A DNA stretch of 64,000 nucleotides from the human T2T-CHM13v2.0 reference genome, Homo sapiens: NCBI RefSeq assembly GCF_009914755.1, contig NC_060945.1; one strand, 5' to 3'. Made by a program: the position numbers and the translations under genes. Numbering within the stretch: the stretch's first letter is position 1; the number at the start of each line of letters is the position of its first letter. Shown here one piece after another: positions 1-12,390 of this stretch. The notes beneath the pieces are model-generated. The model was not told the origin of the DNA. It was given only the letters and a program-made list of their open reading frames with translations, and did no database searches.

Positions 1-87
1 GCTAAGCAGAGGAAACCAAATTCAAAATGTCATATATTGCTTGATTCCATTCATAAAGTATTATATAAAAAGCAAAATTATAGGATG

Positions 88-573
88 TGTATTTGTCAGG
101 GTTCTACCAAGAAACAGAAGCAATAACATACGTATAGAGATATATAAGAGATTTCTTACAGGAACTGGCTCATGCGAGTTTGGAGGCTGAAAACTACCTT
201 AGTATTCTATCTGTGAGCTGGAGACTAGAAAGCCAGTGGTGTAATTCAGCCAGAATCCAAAGACCCAAGAACCAGGGGAGTTGAGAACAGGGAGGGGGGT
301 TCCACTGGTGAGAACTGAATGTTCCACCTCTAAAAGAGAGAGAGAGAAAATTCGCTTTTCTTCTCCATTTTTGTTCTATCTAAGCCCTCAGCTGATTGGA
401 TGGATGCCGGCCCACATGGGTAAGGGTGGATCTTCTTTACTGGGTCCACTGATTCAAATGACAATCTCCTCTACAAACACCCTCACTAACACACCCAGAA
501 ATAATGTTTCATCACGGAAATGTCTGGGCATCCCTCAACCCAGTCACGTTCACACATAAAATTAACCAGTGCG
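88..573 (-). mobile_element. MLT2-family (ERVL) solo LTR inserted in an old L1M fragment
   Basis: tgtatttgtcagggttct...acacacccagaaataatg...aaattaacca matches the MLT2 reverse complement. 5-bp TSD ggatg at 83-87 and 574-578. Confidence 0.85.
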
Positions 574-578
574 GGATG

Positions 579-1009
579 AAAAAGAAGTCTAGTTGCTAGG
601 TGTTGGGGTGAGGGGAGATGTTGACAGCAAAATGTCATCATAAAGGAATTTGGGGGCTGATGAAACTTTTCAAATCACAACTATAGTGGTAGGCCCATGA
701 CTCCATTCATTTTTCAAAACCAATAAAACTGTATACCACAAAGAATGGGTAAGTTAAAGCTAAATTCAAAAAGAGCATCACATAAATACTGCATTGCAGT
801 TAGTAGCTTTGTTTCTTATAGAGATATGGGTTAGTTATTCTGAAACTAATTTATGTGGACACCATGGTTGAAAACACAAGTAGATATATGTAGAAAATAA
901 AAGCCAGGTTTCTTTCTTATTGTTTGAGAATAAAAGTTTCAAATAAGTAAAGGAGGAAGGTTAGAATGAACTCCGTGCTGCTAGACTGGAGTTGGAAATA
1001 TCTGTATAA

Positions 1010-1054
<45 letters not shown>

Positions 1055-1300
1055 CGCACGCACGCACAGAAATAAATATATAATGTGTATGTACATATGT
1101 ATGAGGTAGTATACATACACATTTCTTCACACTCTGTCTGCTGAAAGGGTTTAAAAGCAATGACAATCCCGTAGCAATAAGAACACTTGAAGCCCAGATT
1201 TTGATTTTCAAGTAACATTCTCCAAAGAAAGAAACCACGCTCCTTGGTAAAGAGGTTGCTTGGACAAGGAAAATATAGGACGTGCTTGAAATATCTTGTG
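579..1300 (+). mobile_element. Old L1M (L1MC-like) 3' fragments
   Basis: Degenerate L1MC-type 3' motifs continuing from 1-82 across the MLT2 insertion. Boundaries approximate. Confidence 0.55.
1012..1068. repeat. (GT)n(GC)n compound microsatellite
   Basis: About 17 GT units, then about 5 GC units, then acgcacgcaca. Confidence 0.95.
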
Positions 1301-2489
1301 GTACCAGAAAGTAAAGTAGTTATAACTATAAATTACTTGTGTTAAACATAATTTTTGGCAAGCAAAAGTATACTGCAGAATACTTGCAGTATCATTCTAT
1401 TTGTGTGACGTCTACAAATACCCCAAAGTAGACATATTGTTAAAGGATGCAAACATACATGGTGATAATCTAAAGAAAATCGACGACATGCAATTCAGAA
1501 TGCTATTTTTCTTCTTTGCTAAAAACAAAAACACTGTGGAACTTTCAACGGCTTAATGGCTTCCCCAGTCAGAAAGACTTTCACTTCCTTTATCTCACAT
1601 ATATCTTTGTATTGTTACAATTGCTTCCATCTGTTTGGGGTTCAGTAGATCTAGTGATTGCATCCTCTGGATAGTAGCCAAGCTTAAAATTGAAGATTGA
1701 TTTTAGCTTTCTTTCGCTAGGGTAAATGATTTTATATCTTAATGCTCGTGTTCTCTAATCATTTAACCCTATTTGCATTATTTCTTTGGTCTGCTCTGAG
1801 TTTTCTTCACGTTTTGGCTGGCAAACCTTGATGTAATGCTGTGGAATTGACTACTCCTAAACATAATGAGTGGATGGCCTCTTAATTCCTTCATGCTGTG
1901 CACTCTATGATATCAGTGAGCAAATCCAAAATATATTGGCTCTAAATGCAATTTCCAAAAAGGCTTTAATAAGATAGATTTCTATTCCACAATTCCTCAG
2001 AAAAATACCCAAGCCTTGAGTGGTTAAAATTATCTGTCCCCTCTCTTTAGTTTTTAGGTATTTGAGAGTAGCATCTCTATCTATGCAAATAGTCCATTTA
2101 TCTAACCCAGATAGTTTTTAGTCATAGAAATACTTCTATAAACAGTATAAATAATACTATAATGAATATATGAAAATATAAATTTTACTTTCTCCGATTA
2201 TGTGTGGAATTTATTATTTCAATATTTTCATATAATTTAATGCTTACACAATACACTAAATGTAAACAAATGCACCATGAGAGCAAGATGAAAAGAATAA
2301 TTATACTAGAAGTTACAAAACCATTAGATACAATTCAAAGTTTTCTCTAAGTTTCATACAACCTCTTGGCAAATAAATGTATTAGATTTATTCTTACATC
2401 ACATATTTTAATAATAAGTAATATTTATTATATTAATTATACTTATTTATCCAAAATAAATGTAAACATGTTTTCAGAAAAAATTGATC

Positions 2490-2735
2490 TAACTAAATGC
2501 AATGTGGTATCCTGTATTAACTTCTGAAACAGAAAAAGAATTAGAGGAAAAACTGGTGAAACCAGAGTAAAGTCTGCAGTTTAATTTATCAATGTATTGA
2601 TGTTAATCTTTTAGTTTTGACAATTAAGCCATGGTTGTGTAAGAGGGTTACATTAGGGAAATCAGACTGAAGAGTACATGGAGCCTCTATGTTCTTTGCA
2701 ACTAAAGCGATTCAAAATAAAAAGTTTATTTAAAA
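2490..2735 (+). mobile_element. L1MC/MD 3'-end fragment
   Basis: actaaatgcaatgtggtatcctg...gaaaaactggtgaaa...aaaataaaaagttt motifs. Confidence 0.65.
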
Positions 2736-3880
2736 ATACTGTATGTTATTTTTAAGTAAACATTTTATTTCATTTAATTAATGTGTATCTTAAATCTTTT
2801 GACATTTTTTACTTAAGAGAATAACTTGCATAAGAATCTAAAAATGTAGTTTCTAGGCCAATTATGTAAAATTATAGATTAAAATTAATGGTGGCCTTTA
2901 TTTAGAATTTTTCTATCACGTAAACTTATATAAGGTAATAACACACATTTTTGTTTTGAACTAATGCTTTGAAACTGTATTTCCTGGAAATTGGGTGACA
3001 TTAATTGTCATTTTGTAATTAGAAGTTATATAACTTAAATGCTTTTGTTTGTGCAGTATAGAATATATAATTGCTTGTAGAAAATATAATTCTATCTTTT
3101 ATGAACAATATTTCTTTTGGATGAATTCAGTTATATATTTGGTATAAAAGTCCTTAAGTACCAAATAGACCTTCTATTGCATACATTTTCTGTTAGGAGC
3201 CAAATGAGCAGTACAGATAACTATTGACATTCTTCAGGAGTTTAAAATATAAATATGTACAAGACAAAAGTAGTACACAATTTTAGTGTGAAGTCTAATG
3301 TGGAAGTCAGACCAATGAACTTGGGGGAAAGCCTCAACTCATTTCTGAGGCTGCATTTCCCAGTTTGTGAAAGAAGAAAAACCAAATATATTGTACTTCT
3401 TAAATATGCTATGAAGACAAATCCGTGTGGGTATTTAAGTGATTCTGGAGGATTCTATTTAGGTATAAACAACAAATTAACTAATTTGCTGCATTTTGTG
3501 GACAACAAACAAATAGTACTTTATTATGGATGCTGCATGTTTTCCCCATTATTGGAAGTGATGGTTTCTCGATATACTAACAAAATAGAGAAGGCAATAA
3601 GATTTGCACGCTTTACATATGCGTTTATTTTTCAATTAATAGCTGATGTTTAAAGCTAATAATGACTCTGAGAAGTACAGTTTTTCCTGTTTGTGGACAT
3701 TTATGTTGATTCCCAAACAGAACTGGCTTCCACTATATGGAGAGCAATCGCACAACATTGATTGGCTTTAAATTATTGTCAATGTACACACACTAAAGTG
3801 GGCACAGTATACTTTCAGAGGATACAACCTTTAAAACAAATTTGTGTTTCATCATACCATGTGGCAGACAGTAAATAATC

Positions 3881-4190
3881 TTTTTTTTTTTTTTTTTTTT
3901 TTTGAGACGGAGTCTTGCCCTGTCACCCAGGCTGGAGTACAATGGTGAGATCTTGGCTCACAGCAACTTTTGCCTCCCAGGTTAAAGCGAATCTCCTGTC
4001 TCAGCCTCCCGAGTAGCTGGGATTACAGGCATGTGCCACCACACCCAGCTAATTTTTTTTTTGTATCTTTAGTAGAGATGGGGTTTCACCGTGTTGGCCA
4101 GGCTGGTCTCAAACTTCCGACCTCAGGCTATCTGCCCGCCTCGGCCTCCCAAAGGGCTGGGATTACAGGTGTCAGCCACCACGCCCAGCC
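3881..4190 (-). mobile_element. Full-length Alu (AluS-type)
   Basis: Poly(T) followed by the Alu reverse complement. TSD agtaaataatc at 3870-3880 and 4191-4201. Confidence 0.97.
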
Positions 4191-5355
4191 AGTAAATAAT
4201 CTTAAAGCTTAAATAAACTCAGTGAACATGTTGTAGTATTGTGTGGAATGTATTCATTTATATCATTGATGAATTCTAGATTTGTACAGCTTCTTTTCTC
4301 CAGTTACTCCTTTCTCACACTGAAGCAGAATTTCTCAAAATGGGTGGGTTCAGGAGGGAAGCACTGAACCACTGGTGAACCATGGGGTGAAGTCAGTGCG
4401 TGGGTTCAGAAGGAAGCATAGGTACCATTTCTCAAAAAGTATCCTTGCCTTTGGTGGATTACTATCTGTAATTCACTGTCATAAATTCTTAAGTACATGA
4501 CCAGAGTGGTTTTGCTTCAGTAAGACAACCTGACTTCTACATGGTAAACTCCTGCTAACCCAGCTCTTCAATCAGACCCAGTGGGCTTCATAAGCTTTCT
4601 CTTGAGAATCTTTAGCCATGGCTCTGTCTGATTACAAGTCTTCTTGCCGGCTATCTCAACATGTTCAATACATTATTTTCTCTGTTTATCTTGCATTCGC
4701 TCTCATTGTCTTTTGCTTTACCTCTCCATTGGCCTTAGCTATGACCCGTGAAATCTTGGAAGGCTCTTCCACCCCACTCTTGTCTGATGCTAGCTGCAGC
4801 AACCACCTCTTTCCTGGAATCCTTGAATTAACCCCTTTCATTTTGACACTTGTGCCACATCCAACAAGATTTAAGATAATTTGGAAAAGCAAACATAACA
4901 AAAGGCAGAGCAATTTGGAATGAAAACAAAAACAGAACAGAGGTCACCAGCAAAGAGTAAAAAGAGTAAACATGACCAAATACCTGAGATTATTTAATTA
5001 TCATAATTGGGCATGAAGTTTGATTTGCCTGGAAGCAAAGACATTTTTTAGTTACAAAATTTAAATGATACCAATTCACTTAACTTTTTTTTTTTTGCAT
5101 GTAAAAGAGGTGCTCTCATAAGGTACATTAAAAATCAATGAAAAACTACTATGGTTTTACCAAAAATAGCTCTAAAATTGTGTTTAAAGAGATGATGTTT
5201 TTACTGACCCAAGAGCTGAATATTATATTATAAATTTATAAAATATTTCTTATGGATACTGTATTAATATTTTTTAGATTTCCTATTGTTCAATGATCTA
5301 CTTAATTATGGGAATGGGACTTTGAGAATCTAGGTGAATGGGTGGATAATATGCC

Positions 5356-7112
5356 AAATAGGCTCTTCAATGAATGACCTGTCAATGGTAGATCCTGGGT
5401 GACAGTCAATAATATTTTCCATTTCTAACCTAAAGCACAAAGATCCTTGTTGTTGGTCAAATTCAGAACTATAGTTTTAAAAACCCCAGATGTTAGTGTA
5501 AGTAATTTTATTATTTTGCTGTAGAATTTTGAGAGCAGATTTTATACTTCACCTGAATTTCAAGCCACTTTTTCGAGATACGAGTAAGCAAAGCAGAGGA
5601 CATTTGTTAGAGCTAATATATATATTTTTTCAGAATGTGTAAATGTAATTGATGGAGTTAGATTGATGAGACCTAGGTTTGGCTTGAGCTCCACTGCTTG
5701 CAAATCATGCGGCATTAGAAAAGCAATTCAATCTTTTCTGGTTGTGTCAATCAATGACATAGATCCTCTAAGCAACCGTGGGAGCATTAAGTTTTTTAAA
5801 AGGGAAACAGTAGGTATAATTCAAAGTCAAACTTTACATGAATGTAAGTGCTGGGGTTTATATTGAGGTTGGAGAATATAATGGATGAGATTGGTGGGGG
5901 TTGAATCCCACGATTCAAAAAACTCAAGGAAACTTCACAGCTTCTGCTTTATTACAGAAGACAAGTGAAAAGTGTCTCTATCTAAATAAACTGTGCAGTT
6001 AATGTGGACAACTAAGAGCATAAACTTAATATGCTAAAGTTCAATTAAAACACACACTGAATTTCCAGCGTTTCAATTTTAATGTTATGTAATAACAAGA
6101 CCACCCAAAAGGTGGCACTAAAAAGCAGATATGTGACCTCCCTCAAGTAAGTAGAATTTGGTGAGATAAAAGAAATGGTAGAGAAGCTTTAGTCTTCTTT
6201 TAGGTTTAAATACTTAAATTGCTTCTTAGTAACTTGTAAATATTAAGCTGTCGATATTTTGAAGAAAAGCTGCTATTTTCAATCCAACTTAAAGCATTTG
6301 AAATTCATTTGTCTTGCAGCTATGTATATTTAATTTAATATCTTTCAGCCTACCAAACTAGTGATCTTTTTTTGTGTGTAATCATCAGAGACATTGGCAT
6401 ATGCGGGCTAATCTGATTTTCTTTGGAGTCATGCTTGTACCATAAGTTTTGAATGAACAGATGCCCTTATCTGAATCCAACTTCACACTACTGTGTGCCT
6501 CAGGGTTACAGAAAATAGACTGTTTAATGAATGACCTGTCAATGGCAGATCCTGGGTGACAGTCAATAATATTTTCCATTTCTAACCTAAAGCAGAGAGA
6601 TCCTTATTGTTGGTCAAATTCAAAACTGTGGTTTTGAAAACACGAGACGTTAGTGTAAGTGGGTAATTTTGCTATTTTGTTGTGGGATTTTGAGAGCACA
6701 TTCTGTACCTCACCTAGAATTCAAGCCGCTTTATCAAGATGGTAAGTAAGCAAAGCAGAGGACATTTATTAGAGCTATTTTTTTTTCAGAATGGGTAAAT
6801 GTAATTTGATGGAATTAGAATTATGAGACCTAAGTTTGATTTGAATAGAAGCTGTGAAGTTTCCTTATTAGAGTTTTTTGAATCATGGGATTCAACTCCT
6901 GCCAACCATATCCATTATATCCCCTCCCCCACTATAAATCCCAGCACTTACATTCATATTGACTTTGAATTATACCTACTCTTTCCCTTTTAAAACACTT
7001 AAAAATCAGTAGGCTCCTATGGCTGCTTAGAGGACCTATATCATTGATTGACACAACCAGAAAAAATTAAACTACTTTTCTAATGCCTTAGCATTTTCTA
7101 ATGCTAGTAGAG
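5356..7112. repeat. Local duplication with inverted second half
   Basis: 5356-5688 is similar to 6513-6845 (direct). 5689-5945 is similar to the reverse complement of 6847-7112. Confidence 0.92.
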
Positions 7113-7148
7113 AATGTTATGTTCAAACCAATTTTTTTTTTTTTTTTT

Positions 7149-7599
<451 letters not shown>

Positions 7600-8487
7600 G
7601 AATATAATGCATTCATATTGACATATTTTACTTCAAACTGATAGAATTTTACAGAATTTTCTATGAAAAGTTTATCAGTAGCTACACATTCTAATAATGT
7701 ATTAATATCACTGAATATCAGGTCTAAAGTAGTAGTTGTTTTATAGTAACAGTAAAAAAAGAATGCTACTATAAAGGTTAACAGTGAATATATTTCAGTA
7801 AATAAAACAATATGCTACCTTTCTGAGGTTATTTGGGAGATGCAACAAATTGTGCTCCATTTACCCATTCAGCTTCAATTAAGAAATGTAATAAATTAGT
7901 TCACGTACAGAGAATAAAATATAATCACCCTTATTACAGTCAAAATTGAAATTAGAGAATGTGTTTTGTATCTGGGAGCATGTGGACTTCTGCACCGAAG
8001 GCCTGATTTATATAGCCTTATTCACCTTGTCACAGCAGTGCTTGACTGGGCAGGCTCTACCTATGAAAACAGAAGTCACCCACAGAGAAGTAAAGTAGAA
8101 CATGGGAGCAGCTGTTTCTTAAGAGAAACAGCGAAGGAAGATGTGGGTTCCACTTGCCCAGGTCTTCCTTCTAACATCACCTGTGAGATAAGCCCCTCCC
8201 AGTTATATAAACTATTTGGAAATGAGTGAGAAAGCAAGGGAAGCTGGGAGTATGAAGGAATATTTTCCACAGAGAGGAAAACACAAGGAATAAAGAAGTA
8301 CTTCCTACCCATGCACGCATGGTCTTTCTAATGAAGGGGTTCTTGTCCATTATGAAACAGCCTTGAGTATTCCCTGATGACACAGTGCTGGAGCACAAGG
8401 GAAGTTTATCTTGCACAATGCCTGTTATTTTAGAATTCTCTCTAGGAGAATGAAAAGGCACTTGAAGCAGTGAAACAGCAAAACCAG

Positions 8488-8859
8488 TGCTATGGTCTGA
8501 ACGGTTTGTTTGTTTTCCTACTCCCCTAAATTCATACATTGAAATCTGATTTCCAACATGAAAGCATTAGATGGTGAGGCCTTGGGGATGTGATTAGGTC
8601 ATGAGGGCTCCACCTTCACGAATGGGATTAGCACCCTTATAAAAGAGACCCCAGAGAGCTAGCTAGCCCCTTTCACCATGTGAGGTTACAATGAAAAGAT
8701 GTCTGTCTATGCAGAACAGAGTCCTCACCAGATACTGAATCTCCCGGTGCCTCGATCTTGGACTTCCCAGCTCCATAACTGTGAGAAATAAATTTATGTT
8801 GTTTATATGCTACTCAGACTTAGGTATTTTTGTTATAGTAGCCTAAAGAGACGAAGAGA
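8488..8859 (+). mobile_element. MaLR solo LTR (MLT1A/MSTD-like)
   Basis: tgctatggtctgaa...ggtcatgagggc...ggacttcccagc...gagaaataaattt...gttatagtagcc. Confidence 0.85.
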
Positions 8860-9259
8860 ATAAGACAGTTGCTAGCTTCCACCTTTCAAAGCTCTTCTGG
8901 ACATTCAAGACTATTTGGCTTTATCACATCAGGTGCATTCTAGACCATCTTTATTGGTCAGCTTAGCTCACATCCATGAGCGGCAGGCTTTTATCTGTGC
9001 TAAGGAGGGAATCTCCTAGTATGCCTGGGCTCTTGGCCTTCACATTCTAAGATCATGCTCCTATTCATGCTGCTTTCCATCTGGTCTGACAGCAGGTGAC
9101 ATAAGTGGGTCTGCTAGGACAGGCAGGTACTGTCCTCAATTTTTCTCTACAGGTAGTAATGCTCCAATGTGTAAAACGGCAGTTCTAGACTTAAGAACTT
9201 CACTTTCTACATAAGCTTAGCTGAGATAATTAATACAAATTTACAGTGATGGCAATAGT

Positions 9260-9592
9260 AGTGTTAAGTATTCTGTTCACTCCTATACATTTTATGGCCC
9301 ACTTGCAAGGTGAGACTATGTGAGCTGAAAGGAATTTTGTCTTCTGATTAGAGGCAATAAAAATTCCTTGCACATTTCTCTAGTTTTTCTCTTCCCTTGC
9401 CATTGCAACTGAGCATAATGTAGCACCAAATATGAGAGCCTTTGTTTACTGAATACCTGAGTGACGGCACAGTAGAGCTACCTGATGGCTCATATGGGAC
9501 ATTTAGTGTAAGAAAAAAACTTCTGTGAGGTCATTGAAATTCCTGGATTTTTTGTTAGTACAGCACAAATTAACCTATCTTGACTAGTGTAG
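9260..9592 (+). mobile_element. Old MaLR LTR (MLT1J-like), degenerate
   Basis: 3'-end motif ttgttagtacagcacaa...cctatcttgacta. Confidence 0.45.
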
Positions 9593-10550
9593 TTACACAG
9601 AGCTTTTGTATGCAACAAGTGTGTGTTTCACTGGAGGCACTATTAGGAGAAATTGTGCAAATCCTCACAAACATGAGACTGGAACAAGCTTTTAGAAGAC
9701 AGTTAAGATTATAGGATAAGTTGAGAAAGCCATGAAGACATATTGAGCTGGGAACTCTAGCAAAGGAGTGGGAAGAGAAATGCGTATGGTACAGTAAAGC
9801 TGGCTTGAAGAGGACAAGGTGTTTAAGTCATAGAGTTATATAGGATGAACTTTCATGGATGTGGAGAATCCAGAGTGAGGAAACAGCTTGAGAGTTCACA
9901 TGATGTTTTTAAGGAAGATGAGGAGCAAAAGGGGCCAGATGGAAGCAGTAGGCAAAAGCTCAGGAAGATGATGTTGGCGGTGTTGCTCACAATACCTAGA
10001 CAAGATGATATTTCACCTAATTAGTTAGTATCAGAGAAAGGTTGGCATGTGCTGGATAATTTGTAACTATAATAATAGATTTATTGGAGCATTCAGTTAT
10101 AAATCATGAGTGAGAGGAAGAGATAGGAAACAAAAAACACTAAAAAAAAAAAAGGAGTTAATGAAGAATGGCCATGCCTCTACAGAAATAGAAGGTGAAA
10201 GAGAACTAATTAGAGTGAAGATAACTGATTTACGATTGAATACATTTTGTTTACAATAAAGGCAAGCTCTCTGGACAGTTGTATGTAAGGAAATAAAACA
10301 ATTAGAAGTAAGAACAGGAGTTACATATTTGGGATTAATGCTAGGTGATGATAATTTGCCTTTAGATTATAATCATATATATAGAGAGAATTATCTATCT
10401 GTACAAAGATGTGCAAAGTGCTGATGAGTGTGACTTGTTCATGGTAGAAAAAGGAAGACAAGTTCTTGAAGAACTGCATCAAGTATCTTTTGTAAACAGC
10501 ATGTTGAGCTCATTACCATATACATGGTGCCTTTTTTGTTGTTACTAATG

Positions 10551-10920
10551 TGATATGGTTAAGCTTTGTGTCCCCACCCAAATCTCATCTTGAACTGTAA
10601 TCCCCAGGTATTAAGGTAGGAATCTGGGAGAGGCGATTGGATCATGGGGGCACTTTCCCCCATGTTGTTCTCATGATAGTGACAGAGTTCTCGTGAGATA
10701 TGATGGTTTTATAAGCTTCTGGCATTTCCCCTGCTTGCTCTTCTGTCTCCTGCTGCCACGTGAAGAAGGTGCTTGCTTCCCCTTCACCCTCCACCATGAT
10801 TGGAAGTTTCCTGAGACCTCCCTAGCCATGCAGAACTCTGAGTCAATTAAATCTCCTTTATTTATAAATTACCCAGTCTGGAGTAGTATCTTTATAGCAG
10901 TGTGAAAACGGACTAATACA
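10551..10920 (+). mobile_element. MaLR solo LTR (THE1D/MSTA-like)
   Basis: tgatatggtt...ccccacccaaatctcatcttgaa...ggactaataca termini. Confidence 0.92.
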
Positions 10921-11489
10921 AAGTGCCTATGAAACCATGTTTATGTTTTTACAACTTTTATTCCATTTGACTCCATCCTAGGAGAATATCTGCAGCAATA
11001 GTCCACTCATTCTCTGGTTTCTTGTACAACTTTCTATTATTTTTGTCTGAATTTATTTATTCAGGGAAGATCGTCAAAAAAAGGTTGCATATTTCTTCTT
11101 GGGCTGCAATGGACAATCTTAGCTCATTCTTACATGTTATAAAACCAATTATCTCAGGCTGGATCATGCATCAATATAGTCAGTGTTATCCCACAACATG
11201 AAGAGCTTTATGAACATCTATAGTTTTTTTTGAAATGTCCATGAGAGTTTACCGCTCACTCGAGTCAACAGAAGCTTTACATGAATCTGTAAAGTTTGTT
11301 TCCTCTATTGTAATACATTTTTTATGATCTAGAGTTGGCATTTTTAGAGAGTCCTGAAACTCTCTAGGTATTAAGATGTTTCTCGTGCTTACAAGGAGAA
11401 TGCCTTAAAATGTGTTCTCTGATCTTTTCTATTATTTGGGTCTATAGAAAAGATACTGTATACGTTGCTTCTGAACATATTTTATATGT

Positions 11490-12390
11490 GTTCAGTTAGT
11501 CAATAAACATGTATTGGATGATTTCATGTGCTAGGTGTCCTACTAAGTGTGGAGAATACAAAGATGAAGCAAGCACAGTTTCCAAAATCAAAGAACAGCA
11601 CCTGCCTTCTAGAAAGAAAGGCAAACAAAGGAAGAGAAAATTAGAGTATAGAGTGATAAATATTGTGTTAGAGGTAGGCACAGAGGGACTAGCACAGCAA
11701 TACAAAGAGGAAGCAGATTTCTTAGGCCTGGAGGTGGGAAATTCAGAGCTTGTCAGGTGAAATGAGGGCAGTGAGCAGGAAGGGCATTCCAGCCAGAGAA
11801 GCAGCCAGTGCTCAGGCCAGATGAGAGAGCTGTAAGTAGCTCAATATGCTTGTAGCACAGAGTGGTGAGAGATGAAGCCGGAGAGATAAGCAAGTGCCAA
11901 ATCATGATAGACCTTGCTTCTTCAATTGTTTGTTTAGTTACAGCTCACTTTGTTCCAGAAGAGTTTTTACGTGCATTGAAGGGCCGTGAATACCACACTA
12001 AGACATTTGGAGCCCTTCCTAAAATGTTGGCAAGCCTCAGGAAGAAAGCAACATGATCAGATTTGCATTTTAGAAGGATAATTCTATCTTCTTAGAGGAG
12101 AATGAATTGTAAGGAACAAAGACAGAAGCAGAGAGGCCATTTAGGAAATTGCTGCAGTCCTTCAGATGAGAAATGCACCACGAGGGGCTAAATTAAAGTA
12201 GTAGCTTTGGGAATGGAGAGAAACAAGAGATATAGAATAAGCACAATGAACATGGCTTGCTAATAAATATTTTCTCAATGAATGAGTTGTGACTAATTAG
12301 ATGTATGGGGTGAGAACAAGAGGTAATTAAAAAATGAATTTCAGGTTTAGACTTGGGAAACCAGGTGGGTGACAAGAGAACTCATTGCTT
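11490..12390 (-). mobile_element. L2 fragments
   Basis: caataaacatgtattg...tgtgctagg, plus a purine-rich L2 body (atgatcagatttgcattttagaaggat). Confidence 0.7.

Noticed and set aside
3255-3653. 132-aa ATG ORF
   Set aside because: AT-rich, partly MIR-like, with no recognisable domain or splice context; length compatible with chance.
12176-12191. CTCF-like ccacgaggggct
   Set aside because: Incomplete core match inside an L2 fragment; not supportable without a PWM scan or ChIP data.
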